NCBI GenBank assembly: GCA_016284305.1
Contig: JAEEON010000036.1
Span: forward strand, 30,735-94,734
Length of the DNA: 64,000 nucleotides
Direction: 5' to 3'
Source of the DNA: Bacteroidales bacterium
Lineage (GTDB): Bacteria > Bacteroidota > Bacteroidia > Bacteroidales > F082
Positions within the stretch are counted from its first letter, which is position 1; each line of letters starts with the position of its first letter. Under the pieces are notes generated by a model, which saw nothing but the letters and a program-made list of their open reading frames with translations, had not been told where the DNA came from and ran no database searches. Below, in pieces: positions 34,982 through 44,654 of this stretch. The translations under genes were made by a program, and so were the position numbers.

Positions 34982-37900
34982 CCATCGTCAACCAGTTGGA
35001 TGCTAGTGGATTTCACGGGTTCGTTGTTGTTGCGGACGTATTTGATGACATAGGTGCTGCGCCCATAACGATAACGGATGTTGAAGTGATCCCATTCGGA
35101 GGGGATGTGTGGTTCGATGTTCAAGATGTCACCTTGTTTGTGCAAGCCCAGAATGTTCTCAATACCAGTCTTGTATGCCCACGATGCGGATCCGGTGTAC
35201 CAAGTCCAACCACCACGTCCTGGATGTTGCGGGTTGCTGTAGATGTCGGCGGCCATGCTATAAGGCTCCACCTTATACTTCAGCACATCGGCCAAGGTCT
35301 GGGTGCGATGGATTGGGTTGATAAGCGAGTAGAGGAAGTAAGCCATGTCGGTGCGTCCTTCTTTGAGCTGGGCCATGATATACCACATGGCTCCGTGAGT
35401 GTACTGTCCACCGTTCTCCCTGACACCCTCGGGGTATTGCATGATGTAGCCTGGGTTGTCGGCGGAGTTCTTGAAGGCAGGAGTGAGCAGTTGGATGATC
35501 TCGTGCTCGCGGTTGACGAGGCGTCCGTCGGTCTCGCGGAAGATGGTTTTCTTCTGCTCAGGTGTGGCCACGTTAGTGAGGATACTCCATGCCTGTGAGA
35601 TCAAGTCGATCTGGCATTCCGTGTTGTTGTGTGAGCCCATGGGGTCGCCGTTGTCGAAGAACGCGCGGAGGAACCAGAAACCATCCCATGCATTGTCTTG
35701 CAGAGCCTTGACTAACTTGGCGCGGAACTGTGAGAGTTCCTCGCAATAGCTGAGGTCGGCGTAAGGCATCTCTTGGGTCAGCTCTTCCATCTTGGGTAGC
35801 AAGTCACAGAGGAAGAAAGCTACCCAAACGCTCTCGCCCTTGCCTTTGGCGCCTACATTGCTCATGCCGTCGTTCCAGTCGCCGCAACCCATCAGAGGAA
35901 GTCCGTGGGCACCGATACGGCCCATGGAGCGGTTGATGGCTCGACGCAGATGCTCATAGAGTGATGCATAGGTGAACGAAGGATCCATGCTTCCATCAGC
36001 AGTCTTCTCAGGCACGGTATAGGTGATGCAACGTTCAGTCTCTCCAACACCCAGCTGTGGAGCTTGGCAGAACGGGACGCTTTCCGTGAGGATGTTGGCA
36101 TCGCCAGTGACACTGATATACTGGTAAGTGACATAGACGAGCCATAGGTAGTCGTCGCTGAAGGTGGTTCGTGCGCCCATCTTCATGTTCTCATGCCACC
36201 AGTGAAGCACGTCGCCCTCGGCAAATTGATGAGCCGCGTGGTCGAGGATCTGTCGTCTCGCCAGGGCTGGGTCGCTGTAAAGGCAACTCATCACGTCTTG
36301 CAGCTGGTCGCGGAATCCCGTGGCGCCGCCGACTTGATAGAAGCCGGCACGAGCGAAGAGGCGAGAGGCATACACCTGATATAGATACCAGCGGTTCAGC
36401 ATGTAGTTGAATGCACGATCGGGGGTGTCCACCTGGATGACGGAGAGTTTCTCGTCCCAGACACGGATCACCTTGTCGTATTCCTCATCGATGCTGGCGA
36501 AACTCAGCTTGACAGGCTTGTCTTCTGGCTTCTCGAGGACGGCGATGACGAAGGCCACCGGAATCTCTTTCTTGGCAGGGATGGTGACCGTCATGCCGAG
36601 ACGTTTTCTGTTGGGGTACTTCAGTGAATAGTCGATGTCGTGCATCGGGACTTCATCGCTGATGGTGGTCAGCTGCACCCGAGTGTTGCGGTACTGGTCG
36701 TGATAGACATTGCGAACGATGATGCTGTTGCTTTCCTCATCCCATTCGGAATAGATGTAACGCGCGGTCTTCTCCTCGGTGGTGCCAAGGACGAGTTTGT
36801 AAACCATGTCGAGTTGCACATCCAGTGCCTCGTCGGTCTTGTTCTCGATCTTGATCTGATAGTATTTCTCAAGGCGCTCTTTGGCGACAAACATGCGTAC
36901 CTTGACGTTGATGTCGTCGTATTGGGCATCGAAGGCGGAGAAGCCTTGTCCGTGACGTGCAGTGGCAGGAACAAATTGTTTCTTGTTGATGAGCAGCATC
37001 TCAGAGGCGTTGTCACGAACGATATCGTTGCTCCATCCCGTGAGTTTGAACTGCTGTGCGTTGAAGGCAAAGGTGAAGCCTGCCATGGTGGAGCTGACGA
37101 TGAAGCCGAACCTTGGGTTGGCAATGACGTTGATCCAAGGCATCGGAGTGTTGGTGTTGGTGACAACATAGTCGCGACCTTCGTTGTCGAATCCGCCATA
37201 TTGGTTGTAGAAGTCGAGGCTGCTCCATACGCGGAACTGCTTGCTGGTCTGCATGACGGGATATTCCACCTTGTCTTGATAGTGTTGGTTGGCGGCTTCC
37301 AGGTGTTGCAGCTGCTGTTCGATGCGTTCGTGGTTGTTGAGGTTGATGCGAGAAACGGTACGCAGTAGGGTGCGTTCTTGCTCGTTAATATCACTGCCGT
37401 TAATCACAAACACCTGTCCTGCTTGCTCGTGAGGAGCCCACAAGTGCTCGGTGTTGGCCATATTACGGATGAAGTGGGTGAGTCCGTCGTGATCGTCACC
37501 GGGGACGTCGTTGATGAAGACCAAATCGAGGACCATGCCGTGAACCTTGTAGTATTCAAAGGCGCGGAGCATCTCTTTGGCGAAACCTGACTTGTTGATG
37601 TCGTCAATCTCCATGAGTACGATGGCATGGTCACCACTGATGCCGAAGCGCCATAATCCGTTTTGCGAAAGCGTGTTCTTGGCAATCAACGCCTGACGTT
37701 CGTTGCCGATGGTGGCCGTCTGGAGGATGTATTTGCTGATGCCGTTGTAGAGACGCATCTGCGAGCCCTTGAGGAGCGACATTCCCGTACGCATGTTATT
37801 ATAAACGGAGGCTTTCTTGAAGGCGTCTTCGATATCGACGGTGCTCCGGTATTGCTCTACCAGTTGGGTGAGCTGTTCGCGCGACTTGGCGAAGCCGGTG

Positions 37901-40900
37901 ATCATGAAAGCTGAGACGGCTTTGCCGGCAGGCACATGGATGCGTCGCCGCATACTCATGATGGGGTCGAGGGTGGTGCCCACCGTGTTGCTCAGAGTGC
38001 GGTGATTGTCGATGACATGGGCGTGACGGATGCTGCCTCCACGACCCAGGAACTTGATTCGAGAGGTCTCGTACTCGACCAAGGTGGAGTTCTCAATGTT
38101 GAAATGCTGCTGCGGCTTGCCTTCCTCATTGAGTTCCATGTTCATCATCCTGAGCTCCTCATTATCGACAAAGAGCTTGTGGACCACGTAGTGCTTCACG
38201 TTTTGGTCTGGGGTTGGCTTGCTGAAGATTAAGGCCTCGTGCTCGCTGTCGTATTCACTGTGGATCTTCATGCTGTTGAAGACGCGGTGTCCGGCATCCT
38301 CGTCCTTGGTGGTGATGACCACCTCACCGTAAGTGGTGAGCTCGAGATCGACATCGTTGTTGCTGTAGTTGGTAAAGGTGAACTTCCTGATCTCGGCGAA
38401 GTAGTCTTTGATGACCGTAATCTCGGTCTTGGTTTCAATGTCGTCATCGACACGCATGTAACTCACCTTGTCGGAGGCGAAACTCACACGATATTGCGTG
38501 GGCATCACATCGAGAGGAGAGTAGGTGTTGCACCACAGCTTGTCGTTTTGCAGGTTGCGGATATAGAGATAGGTGCCGTAATGGTCTGCAGTGATCTTAC
38601 GATAACGGTTGATGAGGATGTTGCGGTAACGCGAGAAGCCTGAACCACGGTCGTTGAGCAGAACGGTATATTGTCCGTTGCTGACCACGCCGATCTCTGG
38701 CACGTTGGCGATGCCGTCGTAATCGCGGGCATCGCTTTCTGTTTGAACCTTAGAGTATTGATAACGTTTGTATTGCGTGACTTTCAGGTCGATATAGGGC
38801 TGAACTTGAGCTTTTTCTTTCAGTAAGGTCTCCATGGAACGGAACACGGGTTCTTGCATGAAGTAGTGTTGCAGGCAATGGTTACCTAGATAGTTTGCTA
38901 AAGAAGCCAGAATCATGCCTTGGTGGTGCGCATAGTGGGCGAGTACCGGCACGTGGTCATCCTCGTCATAACTTTCGTAGAATCCCATGTCGTCGTACAT
39001 GTCGAGTGACTTGAAACGTTGCACGTTGTCGTAAACGGCCTTGTCATTGATGCCGATGGTGAGCAGCGAGCTGTACGGCGAGAGCACGATGCGGTCGGGA
39101 GTGGTGTTTTGGAACTTGAGGTATGGCACGCCGAAAGCATGGTATTTGTAGTTCTTGCCATCGTCAAGTTCGTTGTAGGCGGTTTCGGAAATACCCCAAG
39201 GCATGTTGGAGTTGATGTTCTTCATGAATGCGCGCTGTGCCCTGACGGCGAAACTATAGGTTTCGTCCATTAAGGTGTGCTTGAAGGTGGGCAGGAAGAT
39301 CAACGGCATGAAATACTCAAACAGAGTGCCGTACCAAGAGGCGACACCTTTATAACCTTTGTATTGGACCAAGGTCTTGTCGAGGCAGAACCAGTGCTTG
39401 TAAGGAGCATCGCCTTGGGCGATGGTGAGGAAGCTGGTCAAACGGGCCTCGGAGGCGAAGTTGTTGTAATGGTAGGGCAGAAGCGCGTGGGCTCCATAGT
39501 CATAGCCGATGCTGAACACATCCAGCTCAGGATTATAGAGCTTCGAGAAGTCGGTTTTCTTGATCAAACGTTCCACCATCTCAATCAAATCCCTGACTTC
39601 TGTCTTCTGATCTTCTGTCTTCTTCAAATACCCTTTCAACACATACAGGCATGCCACGAAGTTACCACTGTCGCAGGTGGAGATGAAGAAATTGGGCAAA
39701 GCTTTGAGCGTCTCCACATGATACCAGTTGAAGAGGTGCCCGTTCCATTTAGGCAGTCGATCAACGGTGTTGATGATATGGCTAAGTCTATCGAAGGCCT
39801 CGTCATGGGTGATGAAGCCCAGCTCGGCAGCGGAGATCACGGAAGTGATGGAGTAGCCGATGTTGGTGGGTGAGGTCTTATAGTCCGCCTTTTTGGCTCG
39901 ATTGAGCTGATAGTTGTCGGGGATGAGGTAATGGGTATCTGCGCTGAGCAGGCTATCAAAGTAATGCCAAGTGTCTTGGGCAATCTGCTTCACGTTGTCG
40001 GTCTCAGCGGCACTGAGCGTTTTTTTGTCTTGCGGGAACTTCTTACCCAGCCAATACATCAGGAATGGAGCTCCACACCAGGTGAGGCAGCAGAAGGCGA
40101 GGGCCACAAGGTCGGCAATGTTTCCGCCAAAGACCAGGAAGAGTGCGACGATGATGGCCGATGCCACATAGTTGAACCAGAACTTGCCGATATAGTCGCC
40201 CAAGGTGCCTTTAGTGCTCTTGGCGGCCTCGTCGCTGGTAATCCAGTTGAGTAAGTTCTTGTGTGAGAACCACATACGATAGCAGGCGCGAATTAAGGCG
40301 TCGGTGTACATCCAAGCTTCCTTTGGGAGCAAGGCAAATTGCACTAAGGAGCGGTAGATGATCACTTGGAAGCCTCGCATCAAGGTGGCGTAATAATGAT
40401 AGCGTTTGCCGAATCTAGGCAGCTTGGTGATCTGTCCAAGGATGAAAAAGACGATGGGGCTGGCGACGATGATGAGGGCGGCAGCCACAAACCACACGGG
40501 ATGCAGCAATGCCAGACGGCTGAAGCCAAAGAACAGCACAACGAGCAAAGCCAGACTCAATACACTGCGACGAAGGTTGTCGAAAATCTTCCAACGTCCG
40601 ATGGCGTTGACTTGGTTCTTGACTTTCTCTCCGTGTTCGTTGTGGACACGATTGCGCAGCCATCCGATGATCTGCCAGTCGCCACGGGTCCAACGATGGT
40701 GACGCTTGGCATCGTCGATATAGTTGGATGGGTTGTCGTCGAAGAGCTCCAAGTCGTTGATGAGACCGCAGCGGATATGGCATCCTTCGATGAGGTCGTG
40801 GCTGAGGATGAGATTCTCGGGGAAGGTGCCTTTCAACACTTGCTGGAACACCTTCAGGTCATAAATGCCCTTGCCGCAGAAACTACCCTCGTTGAAAATG

Positions 40901-42660
40901 TCTTGATACAACTCAAACGAGGCAGTGGTATAGACGTCGAGACCACCCAGTCCAGCGAAGAGTTGGGCGTAGCGGCTCTTGTTGGTGACTTCCACATCGA
41001 CGTTGACGCGGGGTTGCATGATGCCGTAGCCCGCGTTGACACGCTTCCCGTCGGGGGAGAGCTGGGCACGGTTCAATGGATGAGCCATGGCTCCAATCAG
41101 CTTCTGGGCCGAATAGAGCACCAACTCAGTGTCGGTGTCCAAAGTGATGATGAAAGTGATCGGACATACTCCTTTCTGGCTTCTGACTTCAGGTTTCTGG
41201 CTCCATTCGCTGATGGTCTCGCAGCGGAAACGTTTCAGTTTCTCTTCCTCGGTGGTGTTGCCCAACACCAGGTCGTTGAAATGCAAGATGGCGCCACGTT
41301 TGCGCTCATGGCCCAGCCAACAAGCTTCGCCTTCACTGTAAGCGCGACGACGATAGACGAAGTTGAAGATGGGCGCACCGTATTTGGCGTTGAGTTCCTT
41401 TACCTTGGCCAAGCCGGCTTCCACCACTTCATCGTCCCAAGGCATGTCTTCGTTGGGGCCCGCGGCAGCATCACCAATCAAAGTGTAGTATAAGTTCTGG
41501 GGACGTTTCTCCAAACGTTGCCCGTTGCTGGCACGGTTGATGTTGGAGAGGTAATAGATTTCCAGCTGTTCAAGCAACTCAATGGTCTTGGCCTTGTTCT
41601 TCAAAATGGTAGGCATGATGACCATGGTGGCATATTCCTTGGGAATCAAACCATCTTTGAACTTGATTTTGAAAGTGTTGATGGGTTTGTGGATCCTATA
41701 AAGAAGCTGGTTGAACAGGTCGATGATGATCTGGCTTATCGGGACAATCATCAGCACGCCGAGGACGATGGTGATCCATAGGGGTGACTGTTGCAAGCCG
41801 CCTACACGGGTGGCAAGGATGGAAAACAGTGCCGCCAAGCCGATGGAGAAGAGGGCAACGATACAAATATAGAGATAGGCACGTTGGTTCCATTTCTTTG
41901 GCGGGAAAAGTTGCCATCCTACATGCTCGCCTTTCTCGTCGGCTTTCTGCACCAACTCTTTCACCAGGTCATATTCCTTCATCTTGCGTTTCTTGCACAG
42001 ACGAACGATCATGGCCCTGTAGTCATCCTTGGTGCGGTCGTACATCTGGTCGTACATGTCGGCTTTCTCGCCCTTCAGCATCTTCTCCGACCAGCTCACG
42101 GTGTCGATGAGCTCCGAGACCGGCAGTTTGGTCATCTTCTTCAACGAATTGAAGAGATTCATCATCATCAAATTCTGACGGGCGGCTTCGTTGAGTTTCT
42201 CCACATCGGCCATCGATTTGTCGGTAGGCGAATAGTGATAGGCGTTCTCGTTCTTCAACAAAGTGCAGAGGTCGGCCAGCTCCTTGAGAAGGATGTGCTT
42301 CATCAGCGGAAGGATGGAGCAGACCTCAGGGTAGGAGAGGTAATCATGGGTGTCCTCTTGCATCTGTTTCAAGTGGTTGAAGAGCATTCCCTTGTCGATC
42401 TGATAATGGCAACGGGTCAGGAACTCGCGCAGTAGCTGTTCCAGAAACTGCATCCGCTCACCTTCGAGCTTGCGGAACTCCTTGCTCTGGAGATCGATCT
42501 TCAGCACTTTCTCCTGCTCGCTGATCATATAATAGTTGTCGAGAATCCATTCGTTGGTACTACCCACCAAGCGTTGCGACTTGGTCTCTTCAACGAGGAG
42601 AAGATAGTAATTGGTAATGGTCTTGATACTTTCTTTGAAAATCTTGTAGGTGCTTTTCAT
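34948..42660 (-). CDS. Cyclic beta-1,2-glucan synthase-like giant protein (GT84 glycosyltransferase + membrane segments + cyclase-type middle domain + GH94 phosphorylase-like C-terminus)
   Basis: - 2570 aa.
- GT84-like: ITLDTDTELV (DxD) and HHRWTRGDWQI.
- Middle domain: SPTNIGYSITSVISAAELGF...NGHLFNWYHVETLKALPNFFISTCDSGNF.
- GH94-like: NTPMPWINVIANPRFGF, GGATGFRDQLQD, GCGDWNDGMSNVG, ENGGQYTHGAMW.
- Several TM helices sit around residues 270-330 and 700-900. Confidence 0.85.
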   Translation of the reverse strand: MKSTYKIFKESIKTITNYYLLLVEETKSQRLVGSTNEWILDNYYMISEQEKVLKIDLQSKEFRKLEGERMQFLEQLLREFLTRCHYQIDKGMLFNHLKQMQEDTHDYLSYPEVCSILPLMKHILLKELADLCTLLKNENAYHYSPTDKSMADVEKLNEAARQNLMMMNLFNSLKKMTKLPVSELIDTVSWSEKMLKGEKADMYDQMYDRTKDDYRAMIVRLCKKRKMKEYDLVKELVQKADEKGEHVGWQLFPPKKWNQRAYLYICIVALFSIGLAALFSILATRVGGLQQSPLWITIVLGVLMIVPISQIIIDLFNQLLYRIHKPINTFKIKFKDGLIPKEYATMVIMPTILKNKAKTIELLEQLEIYYLSNINRASNGQRLEKRPQNLYYTLIGDAAAGPNEDMPWDDEVVEAGLAKVKELNAKYGAPIFNFVYRRRAYSEGEACWLGHERKRGAILHFNDLVLGNTTEEEKLKRFRCETISEWSQKPEVRSQKGVCPITFIITLDTDTELVLYSAQKLIGAMAHPLNRAQLSPDGKRVNAGYGIMQPRVNVDVEVTNKSRYAQLFAGLGGLDVYTTASFELYQDIFNEGSFCGKGIYDLKVFQQVLKGTFPENLILSHDLIEGCHIRCGLINDLELFDDNPSNYIDDAKRHHRWTRGDWQIIGWLRNRVHNEHGEKVKNQVNAIGRWKIFDNLRRSVLSLALLVVLFFGFSRLALLHPVWFVAAALIIVASPIVFFILGQITKLPRFGKRYHYYATLMRGFQVIIYRSLVQFALLPKEAWMYTDALIRACYRMWFSHKNLLNWITSDEAAKSTKGTLGDYIGKFWFNYVASAIIVALFLVFGGNIADLVALAFCCLTWCGAPFLMYWLGKKFPQDKKTLSAAETDNVKQIAQDTWHYFDSLLSADTHYLIPDNYQLNRAKKADYKTSPTNIGYSITSVISAAELGFITHDEAFDRLSHIINTVDRLPKWNGHLFNWYHVETLKALPNFFISTCDSGNFVACLYVLKGYLKKTEDQKTEVRDLIEMVERLIKKTDFSKLYNPELDVFSIGYDYGAHALLPYHYNNFASEARLTSFLTIAQGDAPYKHWFCLDKTLVQYKGYKGVASWYGTLFEYFMPLIFLPTFKHTLMDETYSFAVRAQRAFMKNINSNMPWGISETAYNELDDGKNYKYHAFGVPYLKFQNTTPDRIVLSPYSSLLTIGINDKAVYDNVQRFKSLDMYDDMGFYESYDEDDHVPVLAHYAHHQGMILASLANYLGNHCLQHYFMQEPVFRSMETLLKEKAQVQPYIDLKVTQYKRYQYSKVQTESDARDYDGIANVPEIGVVSNGQYTVLLNDRGSGFSRYRNILINRYRKITADHYGTYLYIRNLQNDKLWCNTYSPLDVMPTQYRVSFASDKVSYMRVDDDIETKTEITVIKDYFAEIRKFTFTNYSNNDVDLELTTYGEVVITTKDEDAGHRVFNSMKIHSEYDSEHEALIFSKPTPDQNVKHYVVHKLFVDNEELRMMNMELNEEGKPQQHFNIENSTLVEYETSRIKFLGRGGSIRHAHVIDNHRTLSNTVGTTLDPIMSMRRRIHVPAGKAVSAFMITGFAKSREQLTQLVEQYRSTVDIEDAFKKASVYNNMRTGMSLLKGSQMRLYNGISKYILQTATIGNERQALIAKNTLSQNGLWRFGISGDHAIVLMEIDDINKSGFAKEMLRAFEYYKVHGMVLDLVFINDVPGDDHDGLTHFIRNMANTEHLWAPHEQAGQVFVINGSDINEQERTLLRTVSRINLNNHERIEQQLQHLEAANQHYQDKVEYPVMQTSKQFRVWSSLDFYNQYGGFDNEGRDYVVTNTNTPMPWINVIANPRFGFIVSSTMAGFTFAFNAQQFKLTGWSNDIVRDNASEMLLINKKQFVPATARHGQGFSAFDAQYDDINVKVRMFVAKERLEKYYQIKIENKTDEALDVQLDMVYKLVLGTTEEKTARYIYSEWDEESNSIIVRNVYHDQYRNTRVQLTTISDEVPMHDIDYSLKYPNRKRLGMTVTIPAKKEIPVAFVIAVLEKPEDKPVKLSFASIDEEYDKVIRVWDEKLSVIQVDTPDRAFNYMLNRWYLYQVYASRLFARAGFYQVGGATGFRDQLQDVMSCLYSDPALARRQILDHAAHQFAEGDVLHWWHENMKMGARTTFSDDYLWLVYVTYQYISVTGDANILTESVPFCQAPQLGVGETERCITYTVPEKTADGSMDPSFTYASLYEHLRRAINRSMGRIGAHGLPLMGCGDWNDGMSNVGAKGKGESVWVAFFLCDLLPKMEELTQEMPYADLSYCEELSQFRAKLVKALQDNAWDGFWFLRAFFDNGDPMGSHNNTECQIDLISQAWSILTNVATPEQKKTIFRETDGRLVNREHEIIQLLTPAFKNSADNPGYIMQYPEGVRENGGQYTHGAMWYIMAQLKEGRTDMAYFLYSLINPIHRTQTLADVLKYKVEPYSMAADIYSNPQHPGRGGWTWYTGSASWAYKTGIENILGLHKQGDILNIEPHIPSEWDHFNIRYRYGRSTYVIKYVRNNNEPVKSTSIQLVDDGQEHEIVIGQS

Positions 42661-42681
42661 AAGCTAGGTATTGTGATTAGG

Positions 42682-42689
42682 CAAAATTA
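42682..42689 (-). promoter_or_regulatory. -7 promoter box (TAATTTTG on minus strand) for the Cgs-like gene
   Basis: Plus-strand CAAAATTA. 21 nt upstream of the ATG at 42660. Confidence 0.45.
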
Positions 42690-42733
42690 AAAAATATATC
42701 AAGAAAAAAAGAAAATGGATTTGAAAAAAAACT

Positions 42734-42741
42734 TACTTTTG
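42734..42741 (+). promoter_or_regulatory. -7 promoter box TACTTTTG for the lipoprotein gene at 42786 (divergent from the Cgs promoter)
   Basis: Exact TAnnTTTG, 44 nt upstream of the ATG. Confidence 0.45.
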
Positions 42742-42785
42742 TAGGCATAAAGGAACAAACTATGTTTAATTAAAATATCAAAACA

Positions 42786-43280
42786 ATGAAAAAGCTTGTA
42801 TTATTGGCATTTGCAGTGTGTTTCTTTACCATGACTGCATGCAACAATGAGGGCGGTTCCAGCAAGGTTACCATCCCTGACACGTTCGTTACCTACGACA
42901 ACGAAAATTTCTCCATCATGTATCCTGGTGAGATGGAAGTGACTTGGTCATCAGGTTTCCTGAACACCCGTATGAAGGATAACAGCGCTAAGCTTGATGC
43001 CGCATTCAGCGACATGGCTCCTTCGATTGATGAACTGAAGAAGTATTCAGATAACATCACCTACATGTTGAAGAATGATGGATACACCGTTGGTGATCCC
43101 AAGATCAAAAATGGCGTGTTCGTGATCCGTTGTGTCAAGGAAGGTGAAGTCAGACAGTCATTCTCAGTAGTTGAGGAAGGCCATAAGGGCGTCTCTGGCA
43201 ACGTTTACTATCCTGAAGCTGACGAAGCCACCTGGAAGCCTTGGGCAGAAGTCATCATAGCCTCTGTGAAGATCAAGTAA
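42786..43280 (+). CDS. Small lipoprotein, unknown function
   Basis: Lipobox FFTMTAC followed by NNEGGSS. 164 aa. No recognisable catalytic motif. Confidence 0.6.
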   Translation: MKKLVLLAFAVCFFTMTACNNEGGSSKVTIPDTFVTYDNENFSIMYPGEMEVTWSSGFLNTRMKDNSAKLDAAFSDMAPSIDELKKYSDNITYMLKNDGYTVGDPKIKNGVFVIRCVKEGEVRQSFSVVEEGHKGVSGNVYYPEADEATWKPWAEVIIASVKIK

Positions 43281-43311
43281 GATCTCTTGCTGAAAAACGC
43301 AAGCGTTTAGT

Positions 43312-43411
43312 ACGTCATTGCGAGCGAAGCGAAGCAATCCAACCTGAACTATCAAAGGCCTTAGCCTGTTCAGGTTGGATTGCTTCGTCGTTTCACTCCT
43401 CGCAATGACGT
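43312..43411. repeat. Imperfect 100-bp palindromic element (REP/MITE-like)
   Basis: Left arm ACGTCATTGCGAG-CGAAGC-GAAGCAATCCAACCTGAAC (43312-43349). Right arm GTTCAGGTTGGATTGCTTC-GTCGTTTCACTC-CTCGCAATGACGT (43369-43411). The outer 13 nt and inner 19 nt pair perfectly around a central bulge. Confidence 0.85.
43347..43411 (+). repeat. 65-bp direct repeat, copy 1
   Basis: AACTATCAAAGGCCTTAGCCTGTTCAGGTTGGATTGCTTCGTCGTTTCACTCCTCGCAATGACGT, identical to 43457-43521. Confidence 0.95.
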
Positions 43412-43426
43412 GCCCGACGCCATTCT

Positions 43427-43461
43427 TTAACTGTTAACTGTTAACTATCAACTGTCAACTA
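43427..43461 (+). repeat. Degenerate heptanucleotide tandem tract (TTAACTG x2, TTAACTA, TCAACTG, TCAACTA)
   Basis: Five consecutive 7-nt units between the two 65-bp repeat copies. Confidence 0.85.
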
Positions 43462-43521
43462 TCAAAGGCCTTAGCCTGTTCAGGTTGGATTGCTTCGTCG
43501 TTTCACTCCTCGCAATGACGT
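43457..43521 (+). repeat. 65-bp direct repeat, copy 2
   Basis: Perfect copy of 43347-43411. Lacks the matching left palindrome arm. Confidence 0.95.
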
Positions 43522-43551
43522 ATGCGAAGCTACTTTTTAGTCACCCTCTCG

Positions 43552-43593
43552 TTCTATAATCTCTAAATTCTAAATTCTTAATTTTCAACTATC
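43552..43593 (+). repeat. Degenerate 7-nt periodic tract (..TTCTATA/ATCTCTA/AATTCTA/AATTCTT/AATTTTC/AACTATC) running into the last codons of the radical SAM gene
   Basis: Period-7 reading by eye. Contains the reverse complement of the 16-mer seen at 27145-27160. Confidence 0.6.
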
Positions 43594-44654
43594 ATCCTGT
43601 ACTGACAAACCCTAAGCTTGCCGTCCCCATCGCGGAGGTGGAAGCCGTTGCCTAAGCAGTAACGCCACATCTTGCAGTCGGCGCATTGTTCTGTCTTCAT
43701 CCATTTGCGATTGCGATACAGCTGATATTTGTTTTGCCACACCTCCCAGAAGCTGTCCTTGTAGATGTTGCCTTGATGGTAGTCGCTTCGGATGCTGAGG
43801 CAGCCCGAGATAGCCCCATCGGCTAGGATGGAAGCCACGTTGATGCCTGCACTGCAGGAATAGTAATGGTTTCGGACTTCGCCTTCATAAGGTCCCACGA
43901 AGCCGTCGCAGCCGTAATCAGCACGTATCTTGCCCTGAAGTCGGGTGAGTTTGATGAATTCCATCATCTCTACAAATTGCTTGTTCGAGAGCTTCAGCTC
44001 GGGCTCGTTGACAGCGCGTCCGAAAGGAAACACCGTGAACAATCTCCAGCGTTTGATGCCCAACGAGATCAGGTAGTCGCGGAACTTTGGCAGGTAGTTG
44101 ATTGTCCGTTGGTTGACACAGGTGATGACATCCCAGGTGAGGTCGGGGTGTTGTTTCAAGGCCTCTACAGCGACAAGTACGTTTTTGAAGCTCATGGGGT
44201 TCCCTCGCATCCAGTTGTGGTCTTCCTCGAACCCGTCGAAGCTCAAAGCGATCGACTGGAGGCCTGCCTTCACGAACTCGTCGAGTTTCTCTGAAGTGAG
44301 CATCATGCCGTTGGTCACCATGCCCCAAACGAATCCTCGTCTGCTGATCTCGCGACCGCATTGGGCAAGGTCTCGACGCATCATCGGCTCGCCCCCGGTG
44401 GTGATGACCATCACTTTCGAAGGGTCCTCGTGTTGCTTGATCTCGTCGAGTACTTTGGCAAAGTCGTCGAAAGGCATGTCGTCTTTTTCCGAGAGCATCC
44501 GGCAGTCGCTGCCGCAATGGCGGCAGTTGAGATTGCACCGAAGGGTGCATTCCCAAAACAGCTGATGCAACTCGTGCTCGTCGGTGCGCTTCTGCAGCAC
44601 TGCACGGTTGAGCTCAAGCATAGCCTTCTTGTATAGACCTATTTTGTTATCCAT
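43578..44654 (-). CDS. Radical SAM enzyme with C-terminal SPASM/twitch-type auxiliary cluster domain
   Basis: CNLNCRHC (CxxxCxxC) at residues about 40-47. GGEPMMR. C-terminal CSAGINVASILADGAISGC ... CADCKMWRYC ... VC cysteine pattern. Confidence 0.8.
   Translation of the reverse strand: MDNKIGLYKKAMLELNRAVLQKRTDEHELHQLFWECTLRCNLNCRHCGSDCRMLSEKDDMPFDDFAKVLDEIKQHEDPSKVMVITTGGEPMMRRDLAQCGREISRRGFVWGMVTNGMMLTSEKLDEFVKAGLQSIALSFDGFEEDHNWMRGNPMSFKNVLVAVEALKQHPDLTWDVITCVNQRTINYLPKFRDYLISLGIKRWRLFTVFPFGRAVNEPELKLSNKQFVEMMEFIKLTRLQGKIRADYGCDGFVGPYEGEVRNHYYSCSAGINVASILADGAISGCLSIRSDYHQGNIYKDSFWEVWQNKYQLYRNRKWMKTEQCADCKMWRYCLGNGFHLRDGDGKLRVCQYRMIVEN

Noticed and set aside
34954-42435. Many long plus-strand ORFs (up to 375 aa, for example 40366-41493, 36640-37368, 34954-35598, 41791-42435) opposite the Cgs-like gene.
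   Set aside because: They are antisense shadow ORFs inside a 7.7-kb gene whose product has strong collinear GT84/GH94 motifs. Their translations are low-complexity (V/G/D/H/L-rich) with no recognisable motifs, which is typical of GC-richer coding DNA.
43164-43355. 63-aa minus-strand ORF (..LRFARNDV..).
   Set aside because: It overlaps the 3' end of the lipoprotein gene, and its N-terminal part is simply the translation of the palindromic repeat arm.
43312-43521. Possible CRISPR array, because of the exact 65-bp direct repeat.
   Set aside because: There are only two copies. The repeat is far longer than CRISPR repeats. The spacer is a low-complexity heptamer tract. The repeat is part of a larger palindrome. 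No cas genes are in the window.
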